Shown here: positions 38,620 through 48,713 of the stretch, piece after piece
How positions within the stretch are numbered: position 1 is the stretch's first letter
Layout of the letters: every line of letters starts with the position of its first letter
Assembly (NCBI GenBank): GCA_963817525.1
Contig: CAWFOU010000001.1
Span: forward strand, 512,001-576,000
DNA: 64,000 nucleotides
Reading direction: 5' to 3'
Source of the DNA: an uncultured archaeon
GTDB lineage: Archaea > Thermoproteota > Nitrososphaeria > Nitrososphaerales > Gagatemarchaeaceae
The notes under the pieces: model-generated
The model's input: the letters and a program-made list of their open reading frames with translations, nothing else
Database searches by the model: none
Told to the model about the DNA's origin: nothing
Made by a program: the position numbers and the translations under genes

Positions 38620-39141
38620 CTACTGGCTGCTGCCGGCGGTTATCGTGAAGGAAAACAGCCCGCCCGTAGCAGTGACGATTTTCACCGTGTTGGTCGACCC
38701 CCCGACGATTCCTGTTGGAGCGCCGGTGTAGCCGGTGCCTCCTGTCCCGGTACTAGCGAGCCCGAGTCCTGCACAGTCACTATCGACCGTAAGAGTGCTG
38801 CAACCCGATTGAGCGCCTTCTAGCGTCAGCGCTTGCCCGTTGACGTATATCGAGTCTATCGTCGCAGAGGAGCCTCCAGTATTCTTGAATGAGATGACGA
38901 TGCATGTACCGTCCGCGGTAACGCCGGTCAGTGAGCCGCAAGTCGTACCACTCGACGTGCTGAATGCATACGAAGTTAGCTCAATCTGCTGCGCCGTCTG
39001 CTGCCCTCCGCCCTGGGTAAGGTTCCCTACCGTCCCGCTGACGAAGACGTACACGATGACACCCGCTGCGACTGTGATAGCAATGAGGAGGAGCGTCGCG
39101 ATGATGGGCGACACGCCACTAGGCGGCCTGCGGTAATCCAT
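38620..39141 (-). CDS. Archaeal type IV pilin
   Basis: RRPPSG|VSPIIATLLLIAITVAAG; KNTG...IDSIYVNG; VKIVTATGG. Confidence 0.88.
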   Translation of the reverse strand: MDYRRPPSGVSPIIATLLLIAITVAAGVIVYVFVSGTVGNLTQGGGQQTAQQIELTSYAFSTSSGTTCGSLTGVTADGTCIVISFKNTGGSSATIDSIYVNGQALTLEGAQSGCSTLTVDSDCAGLGLASTGTGGTGYTGAPTGIVGGSTNTVKIVTATGGLFSFTITAGSSQ

Positions 39142-39163
39142 ACCCTCAGACTTCCCCCTTGCG

Positions 39164-39190
39164 CATATAACTCGGCTGAAGAAGTTGTTC
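39164..39190 (-). promoter_or_regulatory. Dyad motif plus TATA box
   Basis: GAAGAAGTTGTTC (39178-39190), 7 bp, TTATATG; 37 bp from ATG. Confidence 0.7.
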
Positions 39191-39395
39191 AATTCGAGGG
39201 TGTCGATGACTCGCCGCTCGCGAGTACATCACTTCGAGATCCGGACTCTGGGCCAGGGAGACCTTGACGAGGAATGACGTGGTCCATGGTGCTGGAGTCC
39301 TAGACGACCCGCGTTCCCATATGGCCGGGAGGGTATCCTGAACTCTGACGGTTCGATTGGGACGAGAAAACAAGGAAGGAGAAGGCATCGGACCT

Positions 39396-40061
39396 TTACC
39401 CAGTCCTGCCAGCTACGACTGTGAATACTGACACTCCGCCGTTCGCCGTCACGACTTTGATCGTGTGGCTCGTTCCGGAGGTCGCGGCTGAGTTGAGCCC
39501 GAAGAGCAGCTGGACTGAGGACAGAGGTGCCAACGTCAGTGTCGGGGTCTGCCCGCTAGCAGTGTTGAGGCAAGTGACGGTGGCGCATGTGGTCGCGGCC
39601 GCCTCAGTGCCGCAAGCCGTAGCGATGCCTGACGCTGGTTGGGAAGTGCCCAAGATGTACGCGGTGATCGTGGTGGACGGCGGCAGGAGAGCGAAGCAGG
39701 CGCCTCCCGAGGTGGGCACCACGAAGTATTGTTCGTACGCTGGTGTGCCGGTCGCGTACCACTGTGTGAGTGCAGTCCCGTCGAAGTAGATCGAGCTTAT
39801 TGTTATCGATGAGCTGCCGGTGTTCTCGAGGAACGCCTCGCCCACGACTCCGTTGGACGACACCGACGTGCTGGCTACCCCCGTGAAGCTGTAAGCCTGA
39901 AGTTGGAGTTGCTGAGAGACTTGGCTTCCTCCCCCGCTCGTGAGGCCGCCGGCCAGGCTGTTGACGTAGACGTAAACGATGATGCCCGCGGCCACTGCTA
40001 TTGCGATGAGCAGGAGCGTTGCGATGATCGGTGAGATGGCTCGTCTGTGGGTGAACTTCAT
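39396..40061 (-). CDS. Archaeal type IV pilin
   Basis: HRRA|ISPIIATLLLIAIAVAAG. Confidence 0.9.
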   Translation of the reverse strand: MKFTHRRAISPIIATLLLIAIAVAAGIIVYVYVNSLAGGLTSGGGSQVSQQLQLQAYSFTGVASTSVSSNGVVGEAFLENTGSSSITISSIYFDGTALTQWYATGTPAYEQYFVVPTSGGACFALLPPSTTITAYILGTSQPASGIATACGTEAAATTCATVTCLNTASGQTPTLTLAPLSSVQLLFGLNSAATSGTSHTIKVVTANGGVSVFTVVAGRTG

Positions 40062-40063
40062 GT

Positions 40064-40528
40064 CTATCCGGTCCTCCCTGCGATCACTGTTATCACAGAG
40101 GTGCCTCCAGAGGTGGTCAGGATCTTGATGGTGTGGCTCGTGCCTGCCGAAGGTGCCGTGCCCGGAGTCAGGGTGAACGAGCAAGTACCCGTTGGAGCTA
40201 TTGATACGGTGCCTATGGCGCAAGTGGCCGGGTTTTGATTGGTCAAGCTCCCGCTTGGGATCAAGGCGCCGTCGAAGAAGATCGAGTTTATCGTGACAGT
40301 GGTCGAACCCACGTCTCTTATGGTCAGGGTCACGCCGCTTCCGATTGTGCCGTAGTTGTATGCGTCCATGGAGAGCTGATCTGATACCTGCTGGCCGCCG
40401 CCGCTCGTGAGGCCGCCGGCCAGGCTGTTGACGTAGACGTAAACGATGATGCCCGCGGCCACTGCTATTGCGATGAGCAGGAGCGTTGCGATGATGGGGT
40501 CAACTGCCTTTCGAGCAGTCATTTTCAT
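40064..40528 (-). CDS. Archaeal type IV pilin
   Basis: ARKA|VDPIIATLLLIAIAVAAG. Confidence 0.9.
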   Translation of the reverse strand: MKMTARKAVDPIIATLLLIAIAVAAGIIVYVYVNSLAGGLTSGGGQQVSDQLSMDAYNYGTIGSGVTLTIRDVGSTTVTINSIFFDGALIPSGSLTNQNPATCAIGTVSIAPTGTCSFTLTPGTAPSAGTSHTIKILTTSGGTSVITVIAGRTG

Positions 40529-40551
40529 GAGCCTGGAAAACCCCTGGACGG

Positions 40552-40578
40552 TATATATTGCGGGTGAACAACTTCTTC
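40552..40578 (-). promoter_or_regulatory. Dyad motif plus TATA box
   Basis: GAACAACTTCTTC (40566-40578), 7 bp, ATATATA; 38 bp from ATG. Confidence 0.7.
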
Positions 40579-40776
40579 AATTGAGTCCGGTGTATCGCAG
40601 AGTCGGGAAGTGTGGAGGCGAGTGGTCTTCGTTGCGGACGCTCGCCAGGACAAATCTAACTTCGAACCAGGTCTGACCCATTTATGCACAGTAGGCGCCG
40701 GAACCCGGACCGTGGATCCATCCCAGATGAGCAAGGCGACAGAGAGTTTGAACTTGGGCTACGGTGAGCCGCGATT

Positions 40777-41385
40777 CTAGCCCGTTCTGCCTGCGGAGAC
40801 GGAGAAGACGTTGGTTGCGCCAGTGCTGCTTACGACCTTGACGGTGTGGCTGGTGCCCGCGACGGGGGCCCCGCCGGAGCTGAATGTGATCACGATCTGC
40901 CCGGTGGTCCCGGCCGCGTAGGTCAGGTTGGTGGTCGCAGCGCTGAAGCAGAACTGCCCTGTCCCTCCGTTGACGCTGCTACAAGTAGTGGTATAATCAA
41001 GGAGCTCCGTAAGCGTTGGAGCCGTGTACACAAAGTCGTTCGCCGCGCTGAGGGTTATAGCGCCAGTGGTTTGGGTGGTAAGGGTCAGGAGGGTCCCATC
41101 GAAGTATATCGCGCTGATCGTCGAGGACGACGAGGCTGAGTTAAGAAGGAATATCTGCAGAATCTGCCCCGAGCACGTGCAGGATCCGCCCGTAGATGGG
41201 CTGGCGGCGAAGTTGTAGCCTTGCATCTGGAGCCTCTCGGTGGTCTGTTGCCCACCGCCTTGGGTCAGGCCGCCTGCGAGGCTGTTCACGAATACGTATA
41301 CTATTATGCTCGCGGCAACGGCGATAGCGATCAGTAGCAGGGTCGCAATGATGGGTGAGATTGCCCCGCGCTTTTGGAACTTCAT
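40777..41385 (-). CDS. Archaeal type IV pilin
   Basis: KRGA|ISPIIATLLLIAIAVAAS. Confidence 0.9.
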   Translation of the reverse strand: MKFQKRGAISPIIATLLLIAIAVAASIIVYVFVNSLAGGLTQGGGQQTTERLQMQGYNFAASPSTGGSCTCSGQILQIFLLNSASSSSTISAIYFDGTLLTLTTQTTGAITLSAANDFVYTAPTLTELLDYTTTCSSVNGGTGQFCFSAATTNLTYAAGTTGQIVITFSSGGAPVAGTSHTVKVVSSTGATNVFSVSAGRTG

Positions 41386-41389
41386 TTGT

Positions 41390-41869
41390 CTAGCCTGACC
41401 TCCCTGCTATCAATGTGAACGTGAAGGTTCCTCCATCCGATGTCACGACTCGAATCAGGTTTGCCGTCCCGCTAACCGCGGCTGTGGGTAACGTGAGTGT
41501 GAGCTGGGTGTATTGACCCGCCATGCAGGTCGAAGTGGCGCCAGTCGTGCACGTCCCTGAAGCGAAGGCCGGAACATTGCAGAGTGTGCCGGTGGCGGTT
41601 TGGCACAGATTTCCGTTGTAGTAGATGTAGCTGATGACAACCGAGGAGCTCCCCACGTTACGCAGCACCATTATTGGCTGAGTCAAGGTCGAAAAAGTGT
41701 ATGCGTCCATGGAGACCTGGTCAGCCACCTGCTGCCCACCCTGCTGGGTGAGGTTCCCCGTGAGACTGTTGACGAAGACGTAGACGATTATGCTGGCCGC
41801 GACCGCTATTGCGATCAAGAGGAGCGTCGCAATGATGGGCGAGACTGCCCTTCGTCTCGTGAATCGCAT
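41390..41869 (-). CDS. Archaeal type IV pilin
   Basis: RRRA|VSPIIATLLLIAIAVAAS. Confidence 0.9.
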   Translation of the reverse strand: MRFTRRRAVSPIIATLLLIAIAVAASIIVYVFVNSLTGNLTQQGGQQVADQVSMDAYTFSTLTQPIMVLRNVGSSSVVISYIYYNGNLCQTATGTLCNVPAFASGTCTTGATSTCMAGQYTQLTLTLPTAAVSGTANLIRVVTSDGGTFTFTLIAGRSG

Positions 41870-41892
41870 AGGGTGAAGTGAGCGTTTCAGAA

Positions 41893-41919
41893 TATATAAT
41901 GGACCGGAACAACTTGTTC
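41893..41919 (-). promoter_or_regulatory. Perfect dyad motif plus TATA box
   Basis: GAACAACTTGTTC (41907-41919), 7 bp, TTATATA; 38 bp from ATG. Confidence 0.75.
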
Positions 41920-41981
41920 GGCTCCTTGCTCAGTTTACCCACGGGACAACGCGGTCGAGGCCTTCGCCGATGCCAGTCCGC

Positions 41982-42542
41982 TCAGCCGCTTATCCCAGCC
42001 TCGACTGTAAAGAGGTTCTGCGCACCCGTGGTGCTCACCACCTTGATGGTGTGCCCCGACCCATAAGTCGCGGCCGCGGTGAACGTTATGACCAGCTGAC
42101 CGACGCTCGTGACAGTGTAGGTGCTGAACTGAGTGTTTGCAGAGAAGTAGATGTCTCCCGCCACCGTCGACTCGAGGATGCTCGACGACGGCACCACGTA
42201 GAACGCGTCGTTGACTAGCGCGGTGTTGGCCGTGGGCGGCGTGGTCAGCGTCAGCAGCACGCCGTCGAAGTAGACGGCGCTGATCGTGGTCGTGGCAGGC
42301 CCTGGGTTGAGGAGGAACGTTTCGAGCACCTCCTGGGAGCACCCGCAGCTCCCCGGGCTGATCTGGAAGTTGAACGACTGGATGTTCAGCTTCTCATTGA
42401 CCGACTGGCCCCCGACTCGGGTCAGGTTGCCGGCGAGCCCGCCTACGAAGACGTAGAGGATCACGGCCGCGCTCACGGTTATCGCGATCAGGAGCAGCGT
42501 CGCTATGATGACCGAGACACCCCGCCTCCTCTGGAACTTCAT
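41982..42542 (-). CDS. Archaeal type IV pilin
   Basis: RRRG|VSVIIATLLLIAITVSAA. Confidence 0.9.
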   Translation of the reverse strand: MKFQRRRGVSVIIATLLLIAITVSAAVILYVFVGGLAGNLTRVGGQSVNEKLNIQSFNFQISPGSCGCSQEVLETFLLNPGPATTTISAVYFDGVLLTLTTPPTANTALVNDAFYVVPSSSILESTVAGDIYFSANTQFSTYTVTSVGQLVITFTAAATYGSGHTIKVVSTTGAQNLFTVEAGISG

Positions 42543-42599
42543 GGCCGGGAAGCTCCGCCTTGGGTCGTCCTCAAGATAAAACGCATAGCGACTACCAAC

Positions 42600-45500
42600 C
42601 TAGACGGCCTCGGTGACCTGAAGCTGCGGAAGTGAGTTTGCGCCGGTCGTGACGGAGTTGGTGCACTCAAAGTCGAACCAGTACTCCGTGGCGTGGCTCA
42701 GGGCAATGGTCACGGTGACTGTCTCTTGGATGGAGCCCGCCACCGCTGCCGTGTTCGTGTATGTGTAGGCGTTGCCCACAAGCGTCAGGGTGACTCCAGA
42801 GGCTAGCGCGGTGCAGGCCGGGTTCGCCGTCCCATCCGTCACTTTGCCGTAGGCCAGCTGCCACGCATAGGTGCTGCCGGCCGTGGCAGCCGTCGTGGTC
42901 TCAATCGACATGGTCAGGCTGACCACTCCCGTCCCGTAGCTCGTCGTCAGGTACTCCATGGGCGGGTTGGCTGTGGTGGGAATCACGGCCATGCCCCCCA
43001 TGCGGGCGCTGGTCGCCGTGCCTATCGTGCAAGCGGGAGCGTTGCCCGTCAGTTGGATGAGGTTGTTGTGCAGGGTGGTCGCGGGCTGGACGTCGGTGAT
43101 GGTAAGTTCTGGCACGCTGTAGGTTGCCGTGAAGGCGGCCCCTGTGTTCGTCACCTGAAGGTCGAACCAGTAGGTGTGCCCCGGCGTGAGCCCCGTTATC
43201 ACGAACTGGAGCTCTTGGGCCTCGGAATAGGCGGTGGCGGAGACGGCCTTGGTGGTGTACAACTGCATGTTGGTCGTGGTCCCGGCGGCCGCCGCGGCGC
43301 ACGCCGGCATGGCTGTGACCGAGACGTCCGCGTACGCCAGCTTCCACGCCGACGTGTCGCCGGCCGCGATTGTCCCTGAGGCAAGCACGTTGAAGGCCAG
43401 CGTTCCGTGAATCGTGCCGGTGCTGCTCGAGGTCAGGGTGTAGAGCTCCCTGAGCCCGGCCATCGAGGTCGCCGCGGCGGTCGTGGCGCAGCCCGCGGTC
43501 TGGGCGGAGAGAGGATAGACGGTGTTGTCGGGGATGCCAGACACCGTGTTCGGCTCCTCCGCCACGGACAGCGTCGGGGCCGAGGCGATCCACTGGTTTG
43601 CTGAGGAGTCGGTGAACTCGATGTCGAACCAGTACGTCGTGGAGGGAGACAGCCCGTCAAGGACGATAGCGCCGCTCTGCTCGAGCGACATCACCGCCGC
43701 GGCCTCGCTCTCAACCGTGTACTGCTTGCCGACCAGGGTCCCGGCGGCCGCGGCGTTGCAGGCGGGTGCGGTTCCCGTCCCGTAGGCTATCTGCCATTTG
43801 TCTGTGACCGCGCTCGTCGCTGGGGACTGGAGGCCGAAGGCGAGCGAGACCCTCAAGTTGCCGGAGCCGATCGAGGATGACATGGTGGTGTAAGTGACGC
43901 CTAGCCCGGCCATGAGCGCCGATGCCGCGGCGGTGTGCGTGCATGTGTTGGTGTTGTCCTGCTCCGCCACGTTCGGAAGCGAATTGGTCGAGGACTGGAC
44001 GTCGGTGACCGAAAGCGCCTGGTTGGAGTAGATCCAGGTGGCCGCCGTGCTGTCAGTGACCTGGACGTCGAACCAGTAAGTGGTGCTCGGCGAGAGCCCC
44101 GAGACGGCCACCGCGATCGTCTGCCCCCAGCTCCCGGCCGCGGCGACCTGCGTTTCGATGGTGTAGGGCTGCCCTATCGTGGTGCCCAGCCCGGTCGTCG
44201 CGGCGCAGGCGGGGGCTGTCCCCGTCCCGTACATGAACTGCCACTTGCTGGTTAGGGCGGTGGTGGCCGGAGACGCGACGTTGAAGGTCAGGTCTACTTC
44301 CAGATTCCCCGACGACCCTGACGTGGTGGTGTACGTCAGAGGCGTGGTGAAGCCCGCGCTGGTCGTCGCCGAGGAGACGCTGCAGGTGTTGGCGCTGGAC
44401 TGGTAGCTGAGCACAGGGGAGGCGTTCGCAGGAACGCTTGAGCACGTCTCGGCGGGAGATATCTGGGAGAGGAAGGAGCCCGCGGAGCAGGAGGTCGACG
44501 ACGTGCCGGGGAGGGAGGTGAGGCTGAGCTGGGCGGTCACCCCGGTGTCAGTCGAGACCGTCACCAGGTACGTGGTGCTAGCGGCCCAAACAAAGCGGAC
44601 CGGGATCGCGTCGGTCGCTCCCTGGCCGACGTAGTAGTCGAATTCCTCCGTCGAGTTGTAGTAGTAGTGCGCGACCAGGGAGTTGGACGACGGGTTGTAT
44701 ACGTACAGGTCGACCAGATGGACGGCGAACGGGCTGCTATTGGTCACCGTGAAGCTCGAAAGCGCCGCGAACCTCACGTTGTAGGGGCTAGCATTCACCC
44801 AGGTCACCGCGAAGGCGCCCGAGGCGGGCGCGAGGCCGTTTATCGCAGTCTCGGAGGAGTCGAGGAGCATCGCGCTGCTCCAGATGGATCCCAGCGTCGC
44901 CGAGGAGTAGTACTGTATGCACGTGTCGCCCGCAGGACACGTGTCTATGCCGGCGGGCGGCGTGTCGAAGAGGACCAAAGTGGAATCCTCATAGGTGAGG
45001 GCGGCCTGCCATGCGATAGCCCCCAGGCCGATGGCCTCTATGACCGTCTGCGCCGAGGGGGTGGCCGCGGCCATCGACGTGAAGGGGAGCGACCAAAAGT
45101 CCAGGCTGCCAGTCGTCGCCCCCACCGTCCCGGTGAGCCCCGCGAAGTAGAAGGTCGTGCCTATCACGGCCCCCGAGGAGGCGGTGAGCGAGTAGGCGCT
45201 GATCCCGGTGAGGGTGATGGTGTTCCAAGTGGTGCTCGCGAGCGAGGTCTGCGTCACCAGCCCCAGGGTGCCGACCGTCCCCGCAGTGGCAGACCCGTAT
45301 TCATACAGAAGAATGACGCCTGTCGTGCTGTAGGAGCTGATGGCTGGAATGATTATCGTGTGGGTGTTGACGGAGAGCGTGCCCAGCGCGGTCGGCGCGT
45401 AGTTGGTCGGGCCGGTCGTGCTCGTGCATGTGTTAGGCTCCCACCCCGAAGTCGAGGACGTCGCGCAGGCCTGGTGCTCATAGATACCGATCGCGCAGTT

Positions 45501-46187
45501 CGTCGTCGTCGTGCACGTCCCTTGGACGAGGGCAATCCACTGGTCCCCCGCGTCGTCTATTGCCATGTTGATGGGGCCGAGGGCGTTCGTCGTCCCTGCC
45601 ACCACCGTCGCGGGGGCATCGGTCCATGTTATTGTGCCTGCAGGGCTCGAGTCCGTCCCCCCCGCCGCGAGCGTGCCGGCTCCAAGCTGGAAGTCCGGCG
45701 ACCCCACCTTGGCGATAGCAAGGTAGAACGCGGTGCCCACCACCTCGACGTCGAAGTACGGCCCGACCGTATATCCCGAGGTTATCAGGTTGGGTATCGA
45801 GGTCTCGGCTGACCAGGTCACGCCATCGTAGGAGGTCGAGTACTGGAAGGCGCCGTTGCACGTGTAAAAGTCCCACCACATGTCCGCGGCGTAGAAGGTC
45901 TTCTCCCTGTTGGTGGGAGAGGTCGACGTCGACAAGCACGCCGTGGCGACGTTGAAGCTGGACGTCGAGGATGGTGGGAATGCTCCGAACTGCCCGTTGG
46001 AGACCGAGAGCTGGGTGTCCTGGGCGGCCACCTGCGCGCTGCCCGCCTGTGAGACCTGGGTATTGTAGGAGGTGAAGGAGTTGAATATCGTCACAAGGGA
46101 GCCTATGGCCACGATCATTATCAGGATGAAAAATATCGAGCCCACTATGGAAGAGACTCCGGTCCTCCGCCTGGAGACGAAGCGCAA
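42600..46187 (-). CDS. Giant minor pilin/adhesin (about 1195 aa) with four C-terminal repeats
   Basis: RRRTG|VSSIVGSIFFILIMIVAIG; four repeats of about 150 aa containing W...Y....PAC and YWFD. Confidence 0.85.
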   Translation of the reverse strand: MRFVSRRRTGVSSIVGSIFFILIMIVAIGSLVTIFNSFTSYNTQVSQAGSAQVAAQDTQLSVSNGQFGAFPPSSTSSFNVATACLSTSTSPTNREKTFYAADMWWDFYTCNGAFQYSTSYDGVTWSAETSIPNLITSGYTVGPYFDVEVVGTAFYLAIAKVGSPDFQLGAGTLAAGGTDSSPAGTITWTDAPATVVAGTTNALGPINMAIDDAGDQWIALVQGTCTTTTNCAIGIYEHQACATSSTSGWEPNTCTSTTGPTNYAPTALGTLSVNTHTIIIPAISSYSTTGVILLYEYGSATAGTVGTLGLVTQTSLASTTWNTITLTGISAYSLTASSGAVIGTTFYFAGLTGTVGATTGSLDFWSLPFTSMAAATPSAQTVIEAIGLGAIAWQAALTYEDSTLVLFDTPPAGIDTCPAGDTCIQYYSSATLGSIWSSAMLLDSSETAINGLAPASGAFAVTWVNASPYNVRFAALSSFTVTNSSPFAVHLVDLYVYNPSSNSLVAHYYYNSTEEFDYYVGQGATDAIPVRFVWAASTTYLVTVSTDTGVTAQLSLTSLPGTSSTSCSAGSFLSQISPAETCSSVPANASPVLSYQSSANTCSVSSATTSAGFTTPLTYTTTSGSSGNLEVDLTFNVASPATTALTSKWQFMYGTGTAPACAATTGLGTTIGQPYTIETQVAAAGSWGQTIAVAVSGLSPSTTYWFDVQVTDSTAATWIYSNQALSVTDVQSSTNSLPNVAEQDNTNTCTHTAAASALMAGLGVTYTTMSSSIGSGNLRVSLAFGLQSPATSAVTDKWQIAYGTGTAPACNAAAAGTLVGKQYTVESEAAAVMSLEQSGAIVLDGLSPSTTYWFDIEFTDSSANQWIASAPTLSVAEEPNTVSGIPDNTVYPLSAQTAGCATTAAATSMAGLRELYTLTSSSTGTIHGTLAFNVLASGTIAAGDTSAWKLAYADVSVTAMPACAAAAAGTTTNMQLYTTKAVSATAYSEAQELQFVITGLTPGHTYWFDLQVTNTGAAFTATYSVPELTITDVQPATTLHNNLIQLTGNAPACTIGTATSARMGGMAVIPTTANPPMEYLTTSYGTGVVSLTMSIETTTAATAGSTYAWQLAYGKVTDGTANPACTALASGVTLTLVGNAYTYTNTAAVAGSIQETVTVTIALSHATEYWFDFECTNSVTTGANSLPQLQVTEAV

Positions 46188-46188
46188 G

Positions 46189-46650
46189 CTATAGCGCCTC
46201 CGCGTCGTACACGACGCTGTTCCCAAGGGAAGAGCTCACGGTGAAGGAGTAGGTTTGGTAGAGCACGGGCGTGAAGCTGAGGGTGGCGTGGGGGATGTCG
46301 ACGAAAGTGCCCACGTCCACGGTGTCGCTGATCGTAAACTGCGATACGAAGGCGTCAGTGGTCGTGTCGGTGATATAGACCGAGACGAGCGTCGTCTGAA
46401 TGCCACCCACGTTCCTCACGTAGACGTCGGCGCCCTCCGTGCCCGACGTGGTGAACGTCACCTGCTCTACCAAGAACTTCTCCGAGGCAGCCTTCGTGTC
46501 GCCCGTCTTTGCGTTCGCGTAGTTCTCGCTCAGGCTCTTCATACCTCCGCTCGCGAAGGCATAGACCAGAGCCCCCAAGGTCACAACTATCGCCAGCATC
46601 AGTAGCATCCCGACTACCTCGCTTACGCCCCGCCGCCTTTGGAGTCTCAT
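46189..46650 (-). CDS. Minor type IV pilin
   Basis: RRRG|VSEVVGMLLMLAIVV. Confidence 0.88.
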   Translation of the reverse strand: MRLQRRRGVSEVVGMLLMLAIVVTLGALVYAFASGGMKSLSENYANAKTGDTKAASEKFLVEQVTFTTSGTEGADVYVRNVGGIQTTLVSVYITDTTTDAFVSQFTISDTVDVGTFVDIPHATLSFTPVLYQTYSFTVSSSLGNSVVYDAEAL

Positions 46651-46653
46651 CTG

Positions 46654-48192
46654 CTACGGAGCCACCTCGATGTAGGTCGCGCTGTTCCCCAAGGAGGAGG
46701 TCACCTTGAAGAAGTAGGCCTCGCCGGCCGTTGGGCTGAAGTCGAGGCCCGTGTAGGTCAGGTGGGAGATGTCCACCAACGCGCCCGCGCTCACGGTGGA
46801 GCTGATCGGCACCTGCCCGACGAGGGCTCCTGTGGACTCGTCGACTATGAAGACCGAGACGAGGTTCGACGACAGGGTCCCCGTGTTCCTGACATAGAGG
46901 TCAGCCCCGGGGCTCGAGGAAGACGGGGTTCCCGGGGTCACCGTGGGCATGACCCCAGCCGGGGGGTAGTATCGCGCCCGCATGAAGTTGTACTCTACGT
47001 TGACCGCTGCAAGCCCTCCGATTGAGCCCATGTAGAGGTCGGTCGCCGCGCTCAGGGGGTTGGCGACCGTCTCGGTCCCGGAATAGCCCGTGGCGGCGGT
47101 CTGTCCCGGGACGCCGTAGAGCGCGGGCGTCGTCTGCGCGTAGAATGAGGCCTCGCCGGCTCCGGTGTAGGTCAGGCTGCTGTATAGCCAGGTCGCCGCT
47201 GCTGGCGCCGCCCCGGCGCCGTTTAGAGGGATGTTGATCGCGCTGGCGATGTCCGTGCCCTGGTAGAAGTAATCACCACCGTCGCCCATACCGACGCTTA
47301 TCCCGTTTGTGATGCTGTTTGCGGTCGCGGAGTTCACGAGCCCGGTGGTCCCAGTCGCGTCCCCCGTGTCCGCCGCGAGCGCGAAGCTGGTCTCGACTAT
47401 CAAGCCCGTGTTGCTGAGGGCGGTGTCGAACGAAAAGCTGGGGTCGTGGGCCGCGGTGTTTCCGGTGATTTGGATCGCGTTGATGGTCGTTGCTCCGGGA
47501 CCCGTGACGCTCGCCGCCTGTCCGAGGGCGAGGCCGGTGAACACGGTGAAGTCTGAGGTGGGGGTGTTCCCGTCGAAGTAGGCCGCGAAGACGTTCGCCC
47601 CGTTGTCATACTCGGCGTAGATCGGGCTCAGCTGGGGCGCCTCTCCCCAGTAGTCGCCGTCGAATGTGGTGCTCGTGGATTCGAAGACCATGTATATGGT
47701 GAGAGTGCCGCCGTTGGCAGCCACCGTCAGCGACCCCAGGTCGACCCACGCCGTGGCGGAGGTGGAGGTGGACCCTCCCGTGCTGCACGTACCGGAGCAG
47801 GACTCTAGCCATGCAAAGAGCTCCGTAGCGCAGCTCGAGGACGAGCAGAACCGGATGTTGCCCAGGTTCGTCGCTTCGTAGGTTGAGTAGGTGGCTGGGT
47901 CCCAGGTTATCATCTGTTGGAAGGACGCCGGGGTCGCCGAGGTCTGGCTGTTTGCGAGCGTGATCGGCAGTGCCTCCAGCCCCGAGCCCTCGAACGCGAC
48001 CTGCTCCACCACGAAGTCCTCCGCGGCCGAGTTCCCCTGGCCCGATACGAGGCCTGCGGCCCCCTGGGCAAACGCGGTGAAGCTGCCGCTCGCGAACGCA
48101 TACGCGAGCACACCCATGCCTACGACTATCGCGACAAGGAGGAGGGCTGTGACAATCTCGTCGATGCCTCGCCTCTTTCGGAAGAGCGCCAT
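46654..48192 (-). CDS. Minor pilin with inserted DUF2341-like domain
   Basis: KRRG|IDEIVTALLLVAIVV; PITLAN.Q...TP..FQQMI...NIRF...LFAWLES...GEAPQLSPIYAEYDNGANVF. Confidence 0.85.
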   Translation of the reverse strand: MALFRKRRGIDEIVTALLLVAIVVGMGVLAYAFASGSFTAFAQGAAGLVSGQGNSAAEDFVVEQVAFEGSGLEALPITLANSQTSATPASFQQMITWDPATYSTYEATNLGNIRFCSSSSCATELFAWLESCSGTCSTGGSTSTSATAWVDLGSLTVAANGGTLTIYMVFESTSTTFDGDYWGEAPQLSPIYAEYDNGANVFAAYFDGNTPTSDFTVFTGLALGQAASVTGPGATTINAIQITGNTAAHDPSFSFDTALSNTGLIVETSFALAADTGDATGTTGLVNSATANSITNGISVGMGDGGDYFYQGTDIASAINIPLNGAGAAPAAATWLYSSLTYTGAGEASFYAQTTPALYGVPGQTAATGYSGTETVANPLSAATDLYMGSIGGLAAVNVEYNFMRARYYPPAGVMPTVTPGTPSSSSPGADLYVRNTGTLSSNLVSVFIVDESTGALVGQVPISSTVSAGALVDISHLTYTGLDFSPTAGEAYFFKVTSSLGNSATYIEVAP

Positions 48193-48194
48193 CG

Positions 48195-48701
48195 CTAGGT
48201 CGCCTCCGCGTCGAAGGTGACGCTGTTGCCAAGAATCGAAGTGACGGAGATCAGGTAGGTGTTGCCGTGGCTGGGGGTGAAGGTGAGGGTGGTGTAGGGG
48301 ATCTCCACTACGGCGCCCGCGTTCAGAGTGGTGCTTATGGCGACCTGTGTGACGAAGCTGTTGGTGGATTCGTCCACGATATATACGTCGGCGAGCGTCG
48401 AGGAGATGGCCCCCACGTTCCTCACGTAGACGTTGGCGCCCGTCCCGCTGCTGCACCCTGTCTGTGCGGTCGATTCGCAAAACGTCACCTGCTCGATGAC
48501 AAAGTGCTCCGCGGCGGCGTTTCCCTTGTTTGAGATGAGACCGGTGAAGCCCCCGGTAAGCGAGGTGATGGCTCCACTGGCGAACGTGAAGACTACGACG
48601 CCGAGCGATACCACGATCGCCACAAGGAGGAGCGTAGAGACTATTTCGCTCACAGCCCTGCGCTCCCGGCGTTTGCCTCGATTACTGGTCCTCATTCTCA
48701 T
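48195..48701 (-). CDS. Minor type IV pilin
   Basis: ERRA|VSEIVSTLLLVAIVV. Confidence 0.88.
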   Translation of the reverse strand: MRMRTSNRGKRRERRAVSEIVSTLLLVAIVVSLGVVVFTFASGAITSLTGGFTGLISNKGNAAAEHFVIEQVTFCESTAQTGCSSGTGANVYVRNVGAISSTLADVYIVDESTNSFVTQVAISTTLNAGAVVEIPYTTLTFTPSHGNTYLISVTSILGNSVTFDAEAT

Positions 48702-48713
48702 CCCGCCTCCCAC

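Noticed and set aside
40600-40776. tRNA suggested by a GGTTCGAA-like motif on the - strand
   Set aside because: No acceptor, D or anticodon stems could be built around it
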